A DNA stretch of 64,000 nucleotides from the NCBI GenBank assembly GCA_963924565.1, contig OZ004613.1, forward strand, positions 24,800,001-24,864,000, read 5' to 3'. The translations under genes and the position numbers were made by a program. The notes beneath the pieces are model-generated. The model was not told the origin of the DNA. It was given only the letters and a program-made list of their open reading frames with translations, and did not search any database. The number at the start of each line of letters is the position of its first letter. Position 1 is the first letter of the stretch. Origin of the DNA: Ascidiella aspersa. Lineage: Eukaryota. This document shows positions 51,048-64,000 of the stretch, in pieces.

Positions 51048-54000
51048 TTAGATAGTTCTGCGAGGCGAACAGCAGCCGAAGCAGCACACCATCTTTCGAA
51101 AGAATGAAAGCGTTCTTCTTATAGGCCCTTTCTGTAAAAAAGTTAACAAGTAAATAAACGATGCCTACCTTTTATAAACAAATAAGTATTACAAACTAAT
51201 AATTTTTAAATTACTCATATAAAAGGCAAATTATTTTTAAAATAACTCAAACATAAAACATAACTAAATTCTCAGAACTTAAAATTATTAAAATTAAAAA
51301 AAATAATTGAAGTCCCTAACAATTTTCAGTTACGACCCAACAAATTGCTTTATAACGTTAAGTCCCAAAACAAGAATACGTAAGAAGTGCTCGCTCGTAA
51401 CTGGTGTGCAAATATGCAACTATATATATATATATAGAGGTACTACAATCGAAAAAATGTTAAAACTTAGATTTATTTGAAAAACTAGACCTCTGCCTGG
51501 ACAGCCAACGTAAGGTGTAAATTTGAAATGACCCATGTTGGACTACAATTATCTAATTTGAAAAACGGAAATAAAAGCAATCAAACAATCGCTGCCTGAG
51601 ATAACAAAACAATGCCAAATAAATAAAATACGCCTGGCGAAATTAGGCAAAACACAAATAAATAAATCAATATGAACGAGTAAAACAGATTTCAAACGAA
51701 CATAACGAAAGAACGTTTTCAAAAATAATTTTGACAGAGTATTGCATATGTCCGTACTTTAATCTTTCTGGTAGAGGAAAGTGTTTTCTCAAATTGACAA
51801 TATACCATAAAACCCTACTCTCCTATCAAAATATTTCTTCGTTTACCCATGATTACTGTTTTTATATGAAAGTCTTTATGGCACTTGAATATCACGGTAA
51901 CATTGCGAATGAATTTATAGTGTTATAAATGCATGGGTAAGTGGGTTATAGTATAGAGTATACCTTTTGCTTTTTTTGTGTGCCGGAATCGGCTGCTGCG
52001 GAGTTGTCGACGTAGACCGCTGCCGCACTGGCTTCGTTTGAAGCGGCAACGGCCACAGAATGGTTGGCGGCTTGAATTGATGCCGCATTAATGAAGGGGC
52101 TGCTCGGCCTCGGTATTATGGCCTGTTGTAGAGCAGCCCCTACGGTGAATGTAGCCAAATCTTGAAGTTCTTCCTCAAACTGTTAAAAAAGCACGTTAAA
52201 CCTTAGCGGGATACCTGTGTTGAACAGATGTCTCTTAACCTGTATGCTACATTAGATTTAGAAAGTCGTTTTAGCGTAGTTCAAGGTCGATGGTTGCAGA
52301 TATAAAAGCATATCCATTAATAGGTAACGAAATGTTCGAGATAACTTCAAAGTTACTTACTGCTTCCTCGTCTGTCTCGGAGCCTTGTGGAGTTTCCGTC
52401 CCACTCGATGTTGTTTGCTACAAAGTATAACACAACGTTAAACAGGACAAAATGAATTCGTCTAGCATCTATTTTGATGGTTGCATATATGAAAGCGTAT
52501 TTATCAATAGAAACAAGAAATACGTAGGCTAAGAAGTGCTCGCTCGTAACTGGTGTGCAAATATGCAACTATATGTATATAGAGGTACTATAATCGAAAA
52601 AATGATGAAACTTGAATTTATTTGAAAAACTAAACCTCGTATAACCCGCCTGGACAGCCAACGTAAGGTGTAAATTTTAATTGACCCATGTTGGACTACA
52701 ATTATCTAATTTGAAAAACGGAAATAAAGGCCTTTCCAACGAAAAACGAACATAGTTAAAAAACGTTTTCAAAAATAGTTTTTGACAGATTTCATATGTG
52801 CATACTTTATTCTTTCTGGTAGAGGAAAGTGTTTTCTCAAATTGACAATATACCATAAAACCCTAGTCTCTTATACAAAATGTTTCTTCGTTTACCCTTG
52901 ATTACTGTTTTTATATGAAAGTCTTTATGGCACTTGAATATCACGGTAACACAAGCGTAAAAATACAGGATTATTGCGAATGAATTTATAGTGTTATAAA
53001 TGCATGGGTAAGTGGGTTATAGTATAGAGTATACCTTTTGCTTTTTTTGTGAGCCGGAATCGGCTGCTGCGGAGTTGTCGACGTAGACCGTTGCCGCACT
53101 GGCTTCGTTTGAAGCGGCAACGGCCACTGAATGGTTGGCGGCTTGAATTGATGCCGCATTAATGAAGGGGCTGCTCGGCCTCGGTATTATGGCCTGTTGT
53201 AGAGCAGCCCCTACGGTTAATGTAGCCAAATCTTGAAGTTCTTCCTCAAACTGTTAAAAAAGCACGTTAAACCTTAGCGGGATACCTGTGTTGAACAGAT
53301 GTCTCTTAACCTGTATGCTACATTAGATTTAGAAAGTCGTTTTAGCGTAGTTCAAGGTCGATGGTTGCAGATATAAAAGCATATCCATTAGTAGGTAACG
53401 AAATGTTCGAGATAACTTCAAAGTTACTTACTGCCTCCTCGTCTGTCTCGGAGCCTTGTGGCGTTTCCGTCCCACGCGATATTGTTTGCTACAAAGTATA
53501 ACACAACGTTAAACAGGACAAAATGAATTCGTCTAGCATCTATTTTGATGGTTGCATATATGAAAGCGTATTTATCAATACAAACAAGAAATACGTAGGC
53601 TAAGAAGTGCTCGCTCGTAACTGGTGTACAAATATGCAACTATATGTATATAGAGGTACTATAATCGAAAAAATGATGAAACTTAAATTTATTTGAAAAA
53701 CTAAACCTCGTATAACCCGCCTGGACAGCCAACGTAAGGTGTAAATTTTAATTGACCCATGTTGGACTACAATTATCTAATTTGAAAAACGGAAATAAAG
53801 GCCTTTCCAACGAAAAACGAACATAGCTAAAAAACGTTTTCAAAAATAGTTTTTGACAGATTTCATATGTGCATACTTTATTCTTTCTGGTAGAGGAAAG
53901 TGTTTTCTCAAATTGACAATATATCATAAAACCCTAGTCTCCTATACAAAATGTTTCTTCGTTTACCCTTGATTACTGTTTTTATATGAAAGTCTTTATG

Positions 54001-57000
54001 GCATTTGAATATCACGGTAACACAAGCGTAAAAATACAGGATTATTGCGAATGAATTTATAGTGTTATAAATGCATGGGTAAGTGGGTTATAGTATAGAG
54101 TATACCTTTTGCTTTTTTTGTGAGCCGGAAGCGGCTGCTGCGGAGTTGTCGACGTAGACCGTTGCCGCACTGGCTTCGTTTGAAGCGGCAACGGCCACTG
54201 AATGGTTGGCGGCTTGAATTGATGCCGCATTAATGAAGGGGCTGCTCGGCCTCGGTATTATGGCCTGTTGTAGAGCATCCCCTACGATGAATGTAGCCAA
54301 ATCTTGAAGTTCTTTCTCAAGCTGTTAAAAAAGCATGTTAAACCTTAGCGGGATACCTGTGTTGAACAGATGTCTCTTAACCTGTATGCTACATTAGATT
54401 TAGAAAGTCGTTTTAGCGTAGTTCAATGTCGATGGTTGCAGACATGAAAGCATATCCATTAATAGGTAACGAAATGTTCGAGATAACTTCAAAGTTACTT
54501 ACTGCTTCCTCGTCTGTCTCGGAGCCTAGTGGCGTATCCGTCCCAGGCGATATTGTTTGCTACAAAGTATAACACAACGTTAAACAGGACAAAATAAATT
54601 CCTCTAGCATCTATTTTTCAGGTTTGCATTTCTTTGAACATAAAATTGGATTGTCGTTTTAGTCACTGCGTCACGTGAGCCATCCATACATCTATCGTTT
54701 GTAGAATTTTGCCAGAGTATTTTTATTGGCCACAATACAAAGATATTTTTGTTGGGTATGAAAAATATAAAAGTAACTAAGAAATTCAAAATTTTAATAT
54801 AAAAACATCGACATCAAATTAAGTTATCAATTTACATGAATTAAGACTTAAATCGTTAAATTAAAATATTTATGTCAAACCATAAAGTCTGCTATTGGAG
54901 TTGTTTTATGAGTAAAACTAGTTTTCTATGAACACTGTTGTATTTCGGTTTCATTTGTTTCACTGTGGGGTTGTTTATTTTTTGTTAAATTGAAGTGTAC
55001 AACATTCATAGCATAGCAACTAAAAAAAAACTCCTTTCACTTAAAATTATACAAATTTTTTTTTTCTGTTTTATTATAGTTAGTGTAAATTTATCTTTCA
55101 TTTGAGATGGCTTAATTGAAGTAGATGGCTCTTAATCTGTGTGTCACATTATATTCAGAAAGTGGTTTTAGGACGGTTTACTGTCCTTGATATTAAAACA
55201 TCACTTAGTTTGTTCGAATTGGCTATAAAGCTTGTAGGCTGTCACTAATTTTTTTCGCTTTTTTCTTCTCAAGTTTGTAAGAGTCACACTTTAACCACAT
55301 AGACATACTGTTTCACACTTTTTTATGAACCAACATTGTTTTGACCTGTGGTATTTGAGTGAGCTTTAAACCAAAATGTTTGAGAGGTACTGTTGTAGAA
55401 AGTAAGTTACTGTTTGACGGTTGCATATATGAAAGCGTATTTATTAATAGAAAAATAAGTGTTCGAGAAAATTTTCAAGTTACTTACTGCCTCATCTTCT
55501 TCGGAGCCTTCTGTCGTTTCATTGTTGGGCAGGATTGTTTGCTACAAGGTAAAGCACTATGTTAGACAGGACAAAATGACATTTGTAGCATCAATATTCT
55601 GTAATTACTTTTTAGTTTCCGGTAGCGCAAACTGGTTTGCATTTCTTTAAGATATAATATTAAATTGTCGTTTTAGTCACAGCGTCACATAAGTTACAAG
55701 AAATCTCACTATCTTTGTGGAATTTTGCCCGAGTATTTTTATTGGCGACAATATAAAGACATTTTTGTTGGGTACGAAAAATATAAAATCAACGAAAAAA
55801 TTAAAAATTTGATTGTAAAAACATTGTCATCTTAATTGATCAATTTACATGAACTAAGACTAAAATCGTTGAATTTTATTTATATCAAACAATAAAGTCT
55901 GCTAATAAAGTTGTTTTATTGGTAAAAATAAATTTCTATGAAGATTGTGGTGTTGTTTGTTTTTTTGGTAAATTCAAGTGTACAATATACATAGCATAGC
56001 AATTAACGCGTTTATGGCATGTAATAACCAAAATATAAGATTAAGAAGATTTGGAATGCTTTTTTTTTCTTCATTTAAATTTACACAAAATTTTTGATTT
56101 ATAATATTAAGTGTAAATTTATATTTCAATTGAAATTGTTTGAGGCAAACCGAAAAAGATTTTGACAAATGGGCGTTTAAACGTTCTCGCATAAATATTT
56201 TTAAACCGGGTGGTTTAAGTGGGTCAAACCATAATAAAACATAAATTTTGACATTGCTTTTCTTAGTACATTTAAAAATAAGTTAGAATAATGAATAAAA
56301 AAATCTTCGACAAAAATATTTTTTTTTCGTTTACCCATAATTACTGTTTTTTGATAAGAGTTTCTTTACGGCATTTATATTTTAACAGCTATATATCAGG
56401 GTAACACAAGCTTTACAATAAACGAATATTGCTAATAATTTATGGTGTTTTAAAAGTATGGGTAATTGAGTTATAGTATAGAGTATACCTTCGGGTGCTG
56501 TGATGATGGTGAGCAATGGTCGACGTCGACCGGCGCCTCAGCAATTTCTTCCAAAGCGGCAAAGGCCGCGGGGTGGTCGACGTCGACCGGCGCCGCCCTC
56601 ATCTCATCCAAAGCGGCAACTGCCGCGGAGTTGTCGGCGGCTGCAACTGATGCCGCCTCATCATAGGGGCTGCTCGGCCTCGGTATTGTGCGGGCCTCGC
56701 ACAAGGTAGCCCCTACAATGAATGCGGCCAACTGGTCGCATGCCGCTTCCAATTCTTCCTCATTCTGTTAAAAATGCACTTGTTAGACCTTTCCCGGCAC
56801 ATGTGTCGTGTATACAACAGATGGCTCTTAACCTGTGTGTCACATTATATTTAGAAAGTCGTTTTAGGGTAGTATATTACAATTTACCCATACTTTGTTC
56901 TACAAAATATTTCTTTGCTACTTTTACAAATAACTTACTGTTTTTATTTTGAAGTATTTAAGGCACTTATATTTCAACAGCTATATCAGGGTAACAAAAT

Positions 57001-60000
57001 CTTTACAATAAACGAATATTGCTAATAGTTTATGGTGTTTTAAAAGTATGGGTAAGTGAGTTATAGTATAGAGTATACCTTCGGCTGCTGCGTTGATGCT
57101 GCGTCATGGTCGACGTCGACCGTCGCCTCAGCAATTTCTGCCAAAGCGGCAAAGGCCGCGGGGTGGTCGACGTCGACCGGCGCCGCCCTCATCTCATCCA
57201 AAGCGGCAACTGCCGCGGAGTTGTCGGCGGCTGCGACTGATGCCGCCTCATCATAGGGGCTGCTCGGCCTCTGTATTGTGCGGGCCTCGCACAAGGTAGC
57301 CCCTACAATGAAGGCGGCCAACTGGTCGCACGCCGCTTCCAATTCTTCCTCATTCTGTTAAAAATGCACTTGTTAGACCTTTCCCGGCACATGTGTCGTG
57401 TATACAACAGATGGCTCTTAACCTGTGTGTCACATTATATTTAGAAAGTCGTTTTAGGGTAGTATATTACAATATACCCATACTTTGTTCTACAAAATAT
57501 TTCTTTGCTACTTTTACAAATAACTTACTGTTTTTATTTTGAAGTATTTAAGGCACTTATATTTCAACAGCTATATCAGGGTAACAAAATCTTTACAATA
57601 AACGAATATTGCTAATAGATTATGGTGTTTTAAAAGTATGGGTAAGTGAGTTATAGTATAGAGTATACCTTCGGCTGCTGCGTTGATGCTGCGTCATGGT
57701 CGACGTCGACCGTCGCCTCAGCAATTTCTGCCAAAGCGGCAAAGGCCGCGGGGTGGTCGACGTCGACCGGCGCCGCCCTCATCTCATCCAAAGCGGCAAC
57801 TGCCGCGGAGTTGTCGGCGGCTGCGACTGATGCCGCCTCATCATAGGGGCTGCTCGGCCTCTGTATTGTGCGGGCCTCGCACAAGGTAGCCCCTACAATG
57901 AATGCGGCCAACTGGTCGCATGCCGCTTCCAATTCTTCCTCATTCTGTTAAAAATGCACTTATTAAACCTTTGCGGGACACGTGTATAGAACAGGTGGCT
58001 CTTAACCTGTGTGCTACATTAGATTCAGAAGAAAATATAAACATTTTCATAGTTAAAATTAGCTGTTATCAATTCACAACCTCTCAGTTTGCAATAAAAA
58101 AACCCTGACCCGGCGAATTCACAGATCAAATTTTAAGAAGCTCCGCCCTATACACTGTTCGCTTGTTGCAATGCTTACTTTTATACCTGCCTCACACTTT
58201 AAAAGTATTGTGTATGATTAAGTTACTTTTACATCACAGAAATGTAGTAAACGTCCTAGCCGGTAGCAACTATTAGTTAGGCTTGCCGATAGTTTACTCG
58301 GTTTGACATCGAAAAATAAGCCATGCTTATAGTTAGCTGTTAGTTGTGTTTGAACTATACTTTTTACAACCAGGTTTTGATAACTTTTGTTAGCATTATC
58401 TGGCATGGCTTGTGTTAAAAATGCACTTTATTTGTGCCAGGGCTGTTGAGTCGTTTAAAAATCCACCCCGCAGTCCACTCCCGAGTCCAGAGTCCCGCTA
58501 AAATATGCGATTATCATCAAGTTCCGAACCTGGATTCGACCCTAAAGTCCATATTCCACCCATTTACGCATCTAAAATAAGAATGATATTGTCTAATCCA
58601 CTCATATAATATAATTCATTGACAAAAAATTCATGGTTTGAAAATATTCGACCATAAATTAGTCTATATCTTTACAGTCAACAGTTTGCGGCCTTATTAG
58701 TTTCAAAATTCGGCATGGCGCATGCGCACGTAAGACTCGGGACTCGCGTAAGACTCGGGACTCGCGTAAGACTCGGGACTCCAGCAAAATAATCCGACTC
58801 CGTCGAGTTCCATTTTACCAGTCCAGAGTCGAACTCCGGCTTTTAACCCAGGATTGTGCATGGGGTTGATCCAACTACTAACTTTAGGTTAATAAATGAA
58901 TTAAAGTGTGAATCACATTTGACGTATACGTATAGTAAAACATGTTAACGAAAAGCAAACCCCAAAATATCGTTCTTTTTATGACGCTTTCCATATAGCC
59001 GCCATATAGTTGTTGGGACCCTTGGTATTACTCAAATATTTATAAAAGTTTTGTTTTCATTTTGTTAACGTTATGTAAACACTCTGCAGGTAAAGAAAAA
59101 AAAAACGTTAATCAAAAGGTAATATATGCTTGTTCCAGCAAAATTAACTACAATGCGTCGGACACAGTTTGCAATTTACGCATACCAAATACAACGGTAA
59201 AGTTCTACCAAGATAGCCTAATCAAGCCAAATAAGCTATCTTTTTGCTTTCGAGGGGTACTTTAAGTTAACGATGTGTTACGTGCGGTACTACGGCCATA
59301 TTGCAAAGACGATATTAATCAGGAGAAACACACAACATTAACTAAATTAGGTTGACAAAATGTAAATCGGTATATTTCAGTGTTAACAAACAGTCGGTAT
59401 TCCATTCATATTCTAAAGACGGAATACTTTCGACCGAAGCGCACAAAATATACTAATATAAGGCTAAGTTTGTTAAACTTTCGTTGGACAGAGTGCCACA
59501 GTGCATAGGACGCTTTTTGTCTGTAAAGATGACAAAAACGCGGTATGTTGCCCAGGTTTGCTCTAAACACTTCATTAGGGTAATATTAAAATTAGGATGG
59601 CAGCAATTTAAATACATTTGACCGAAAATGTTAATTCTCATGGTTGCAAGAATTATGAAAAATATATCTTAATATTGTAGCGTTAACTGCGCTGTTATGA
59701 TTAAGAATTAAACCTTACGTATTCTGGCCAGATATTCAAGGTTTCCATCTCAATGACGTCAAAGGTACCTTCTTGCATCTAAGGATGGATTGGCCGTATA
59801 AAAAACAAATATTTAGTTTTTGTAGTGAATATTAATTATATATATACTTGTTTTATTGAAACGGGAAAACTGTCCCTTTTTACTCATTTTTTGCACATGG
59901 GAACTAATTCCATGAAATTTCAAATTAAAAGTCGTGCTGAAAAGTTGTTAGACATCAAATCGTATCTTATGTTTTATTGCACATTATTTAGTTTAGGCCA

Positions 60001-63000
60001 TGATTGAATACATTGTTCTAACAGCGTGCCGCTACGTCGAGGATCACTGCGTATTTGTTTTTTTTATGTTGTTGTCTTATTGATATGGTAAAAACAATAT
60101 TCTAATATACACATTTTGCACTGTTATAGTTACGAATGAAACCTTACGTGTTCTGGCCAGGTGTAGAACATCACTACATCAGCAGTGGAGCCTTCTTGCT
60201 TCTAAAAATGGAAGGCGATACAAAAATAACAAGAAATATTGATTGTAAGACTTAAAGTGAACAAAGAAGAAGCGACAGTTAAATTACTAAAGTCATTTTA
60301 TTCAATATCGGTCATGTCTTCGTTTTGCTTCAATTTTGGTCAATTAAGGAAAAATCTTGCTAATAACTAGTCGCATCAAATCTATAATCATATAGAACTA
60401 CTTTAGTCGGCGACCCAACCAAATCAAACGGTGACCCAATTGTGGGTCGCGACCCATAGGTTGTGAAACAAACATTTGTGCATCGTATTGTTAAAAAATA
60501 TATTTACTGCGTGCTAACTACGCCGTAGATATCACCGCGCATTTGGCTTCTTTATGTTGTTATCTTATTAATATGATATTATCATTCCGATTTGGATACG
60601 GTAGCTTCATAAGTAGGTAGCGGAGCAGTGGCTTTAATCAGCAGGCGAGATTAACTTTCATGGTTAACTTAATAACTTACCCCCTGCTGCTTCGAGTTTG
60701 CTGCGGACAGCGTTAACGGAGACCGCGCTCGTTGCTAGAAAGAAATACAAAACATTAGTAGGTACTACTTCTTGTTTGTAACATATTAGGGTATACTTTT
60801 TAGTGTAAATTTGAATTGATTTTTCATTATTATATTTACAATTACCAAAAGGGCGTTATAAAATAAATATAATTATATTTGACCGGTTATGGTAATATTT
60901 TAAGCGCGGAAAATATCACACAACAAACAATATACCATTTATAATTTTATGAAACATGCTAAAAAATATTCAAAAAATAAAACTTTACAGTAAACAAAAT
61001 AAATAGTTATGTAAAGGTTAGCAAAATATACACAGAGTAAATATATAGTCCAAGCTTAAACTTTAATTTACAACAAAGAATTAGTTTGTTAGATCATTAT
61101 TTCGGGCTTAGGATTTTAAACAAAACAACACGAATGTCTTTAATAGTAAAATGGACTCCAGCTATATGACATAAATTCGAATAACATCATCGTCAGGAAA
61201 AAGCATATTTCGGAATAACATTAAAATAGGACTAATGTGTAGAAATTCAAATAAGATCTAAATCATAACAAGACATGAATGAACAAAATGAGGTCTAACT
61301 AACCTTTTATCTAGCCCCAAGCCCCACCCACAACCTTAAAACCCTAAATATTTCAACTCCAAATTTAACTTGAACTTCACCAATTAACCCAGTGGTTCGC
61401 AACCTTTTTTGGCACACTAGAGAAATTATAAATAGTTCGCGGCAACAATCCTAGTTTTTTTGCTAAGTGGTTAACTGTAACGTTACAACAACGAGATTAA
61501 TAGCAAACTTTTACTGTGCAACATGGTTGAAAAAACGTTTCTGATCTTTGGCACTTTTATCGTACACAAATAAAAAATTGTATCAAAAATCTTACCAATA
61601 GAGCAATAACTGGAATACGAAATAATTTGAAACATCTAGCCCTAGCGGCACCCTTGGGCGTTAAAAATGGCCTAAAGTGCCACGGCCCCTGGTTGAGAAC
61701 CAATACTGCATTAACCCTAACAAGGGCAAACAAACAGCGGCGCAGTTTGATGTGTTTTATAGGCTATTTAGGTCGCATTTGGAGCAGTTTGGGACATATT
61801 CCGTCTTCAATATAACAAATACGAATATTTAAGTATCAAGAATTTAAAAACAATGCGCGACTCATATTATTTAAGTATATTCAACTTGTGTGCAGTGGTT
61901 AAGTAAACCTGAACGGTCTGCTTAAAAGATTTCATCTAAAAAAATTTAGTTGCATATTTGTGAACTGCATCGAACGATGTCTCCAGGTTTAGGTTATACA
62001 GAAAAGCATGCAAGACTTAATGCCTACAACTTTTAAGGAATTAATGTTATTAAGGTGTTTGCCGTTACGAATAATTTTTCTAATTTCTAAGGCCAATAAA
62101 GTTTGAGTGCCACTGGTTTTCATAACTAATATTGGCATAGAGATAAGTTGGGACCAAGTCCTACTGTCCAGAAACAGTTTATGCGTATCAAACAAAATAG
62201 TTAACATATATTTGCTTTTCAAACTGAAATATAGCCTAGCTAGCTCCTAGCTCCGCAGGCATTTATAAATTGTGCAGCCAGCAAGATAATCAAGAGACAA
62301 ATGTAGTTTTAATTTAACAACATTCGTGTGTAGAGCCATTTTTTTACCAACCAAGTCTAGTTAAGTAATTGATGTGAATAATTTTTGGATAAAATCAATC
62401 GTAAATTTAAAAGTCATGAGTTCCTCATTTGTCTTTTTACACAAATATACCATATCAAAATGTCTTCTTTGGCTCTAGGCATTGCATATATGTAATATTT
62501 ACGTATGTTTTAGCTCTATGAGGTAACAATGGCCGTTCATTAACGTGCAAAAAAATAACTGATATTGAAAAATGTGTTGCCAAAATGTTACTTTTAATGA
62601 GGTTTACTAAAAGAAATACATAAAGTGGGGCGATATTATAGCGTTTCACTTCTATTCTGAGATGAATTAAACCTTACTTGTTCTGGCGAAGTATACAACA
62701 TAACTTCATCTAATTCCGAAGAGTCGGTTTGCACCTGAAAATGCATTGGTCATAAACTAAAACAGCTCTTACATTATAATTAAAATTATTCCGTTCAGGG
62801 CAGGGTTTAAATCGTTATTTTGCTACTGACTACACGTTTCGATAAGAAATACCTATAATACAGAGTTAAACAACATCGAGGTAAAGTAATTATTTCTATT
62901 TATCAAAATATGTCAGTGATATTTTTGTTAAGTAGCCTATTTTGTTCTTAAACCAAAAAATGTTAAGAAAATTGGCAATATGGTCATTTGTTAGAGCTTA

Positions 63001-63016
63001 CCTTGGATCGCTGCAT
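51048..63016 (-). CDS. Multi-exon gene, copy B (~674 aa): same protein with 6 AKAP-like helices
   Basis: Exons 63016-63002, 62734-62678, 60734-60681, 60201-60148, 59778-59719, 57944-57669, 57354-57079, 56764-56489, 55541-55488, 54559-54503, 54321-54106, 53488-53432, 53250-53035, 52417-52361, 52179-51964, 51131-51048 (TAA). All phase 0 and GT-AG, with frames conserved relative to copy A. Confidence 0.8.
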
Positions 63017-64000
63017 TTTTTAAATGAGGTTCGGAAAGAAAATAACTCTTGAATATTTGAAATTTGCTTTAAATCGAAGCAATTTGTATTCGAATATATT
63101 TTTGCAAATAAAATGCGAATACATGTCAAAAAAATTGTACTTATAGATATCAAATCATCCATTGTTACATAACAATATCAATTTATGATTCAATATGTGA
63201 AATTTGCTATTTATTTGGTTTGGACCAAATATATTCTATGCGGGTATTATCTGCGTGTATTTGTTCACCAAATTTTTTTTTTCATATTAGCGACCTAAAC
63301 GCAAAAATATTTCACATTTTACAGAAATTCAATTTGGCTGGGTAGTAGGTTTTTGGAACTTTTTAGGCCAAAGGCACCGTGTATACCAGGGTGGTCCAAA
63401 CCCAGACCCGCGGGCCGACATCATTGTTTGTGGCCCGCAAAGCACAGCTGAATTATTGTAATATGTAAAGTTGAGGGTTTAATCAAAGAAATATAATAAA
63501 CCAATGATCACCAAGCATATAACAATTGTTTTGTTATAGGCCTAGTTACATTATTAAATAAATTAACCGGGTTTTAATCCAGGGGTGGCAAGAACGCCTA
63601 ATTTTGGTATGTGTTAGACCGGTTTGAAAGTCGCAGTACGTCCTATATGGAACTTTTTAAAATGGCTGTTTTGCGAACTTATATAGGTTACTTTTGCGTT
63701 TTGTTTTACGTCTTTTTAATGTACCGGTAAACATAACATAAAAAGTACGACCCTATATAAATTACTATTTTGCCACTTCAAGGTAAATGAACGATGAAAT
63801 ATATAGCGCTTCGGAAAAGTATTGTTTTACAGGATTTTACTGTGACTAAAGGTTAACGCCCTGGACTTTTCCATCGTGCAATTTTAGCCAAATATATCTA
63901 GTTAAAAAACATTTTACGCTTATAAATGCAGTATTCTGTTTTGTCAAATACACAATTTTTTCGCGCTTCGTGCGCACTATATTGTCAGCAGCCTCATCAT

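Larger units (their letters stand above)
42858..63383 (+). repeat. Segmental duplication unit B
   Basis: Direct copy of 3311-23895; more diverged homology continues upstream (600-2150 vs 39930-41320). Confidence 0.95.

Overview
AT-rich eukaryotic genomic DNA with one assembly gap (24107-24373). Short introns and dense hAT/Harbinger MITEs suggest an invertebrate, possibly an ascidian (inference only). The window is dominated by a ~20.5 kb direct duplication (about 3.3-23.9 kb and 42.8-63.4 kb). Each copy carries two things on the minus strand. (1) A multi-exon gene that the ORF track misses; I assembled it by hand from GT-AG sites and all introns are phase 0. It encodes an acidic, Ala-rich protein of ~509 aa or ~674 aa with 4 or 6 exon-encoded amphipathic helices resembling AKAP PKA-R docking helices, and a C-terminal basic/Cys-cluster membrane anchor. 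(2) Just downstream, an ~8 kb nested fold-back whose arm mismatches are almost all G-U-compatible on the minus strand only. Its arms are interrupted by TTAGGG-like minisatellites, and its central spacer is bounded by GT...AG so that splicing would close a ~450-500 bp stem with a 5-nt loop: a candidate spliced long-hairpin (endo-siRNA) RNA gene. Between the copies lie an inverted, degenerate paralog of the gene, a 2097-bp tandem duplication starting exactly at a hAT TIR, a TSD-flanked insert with a 64-bp palindrome plus a tRNA-like sequence, and many MITEs. All alignments and counts are manual.
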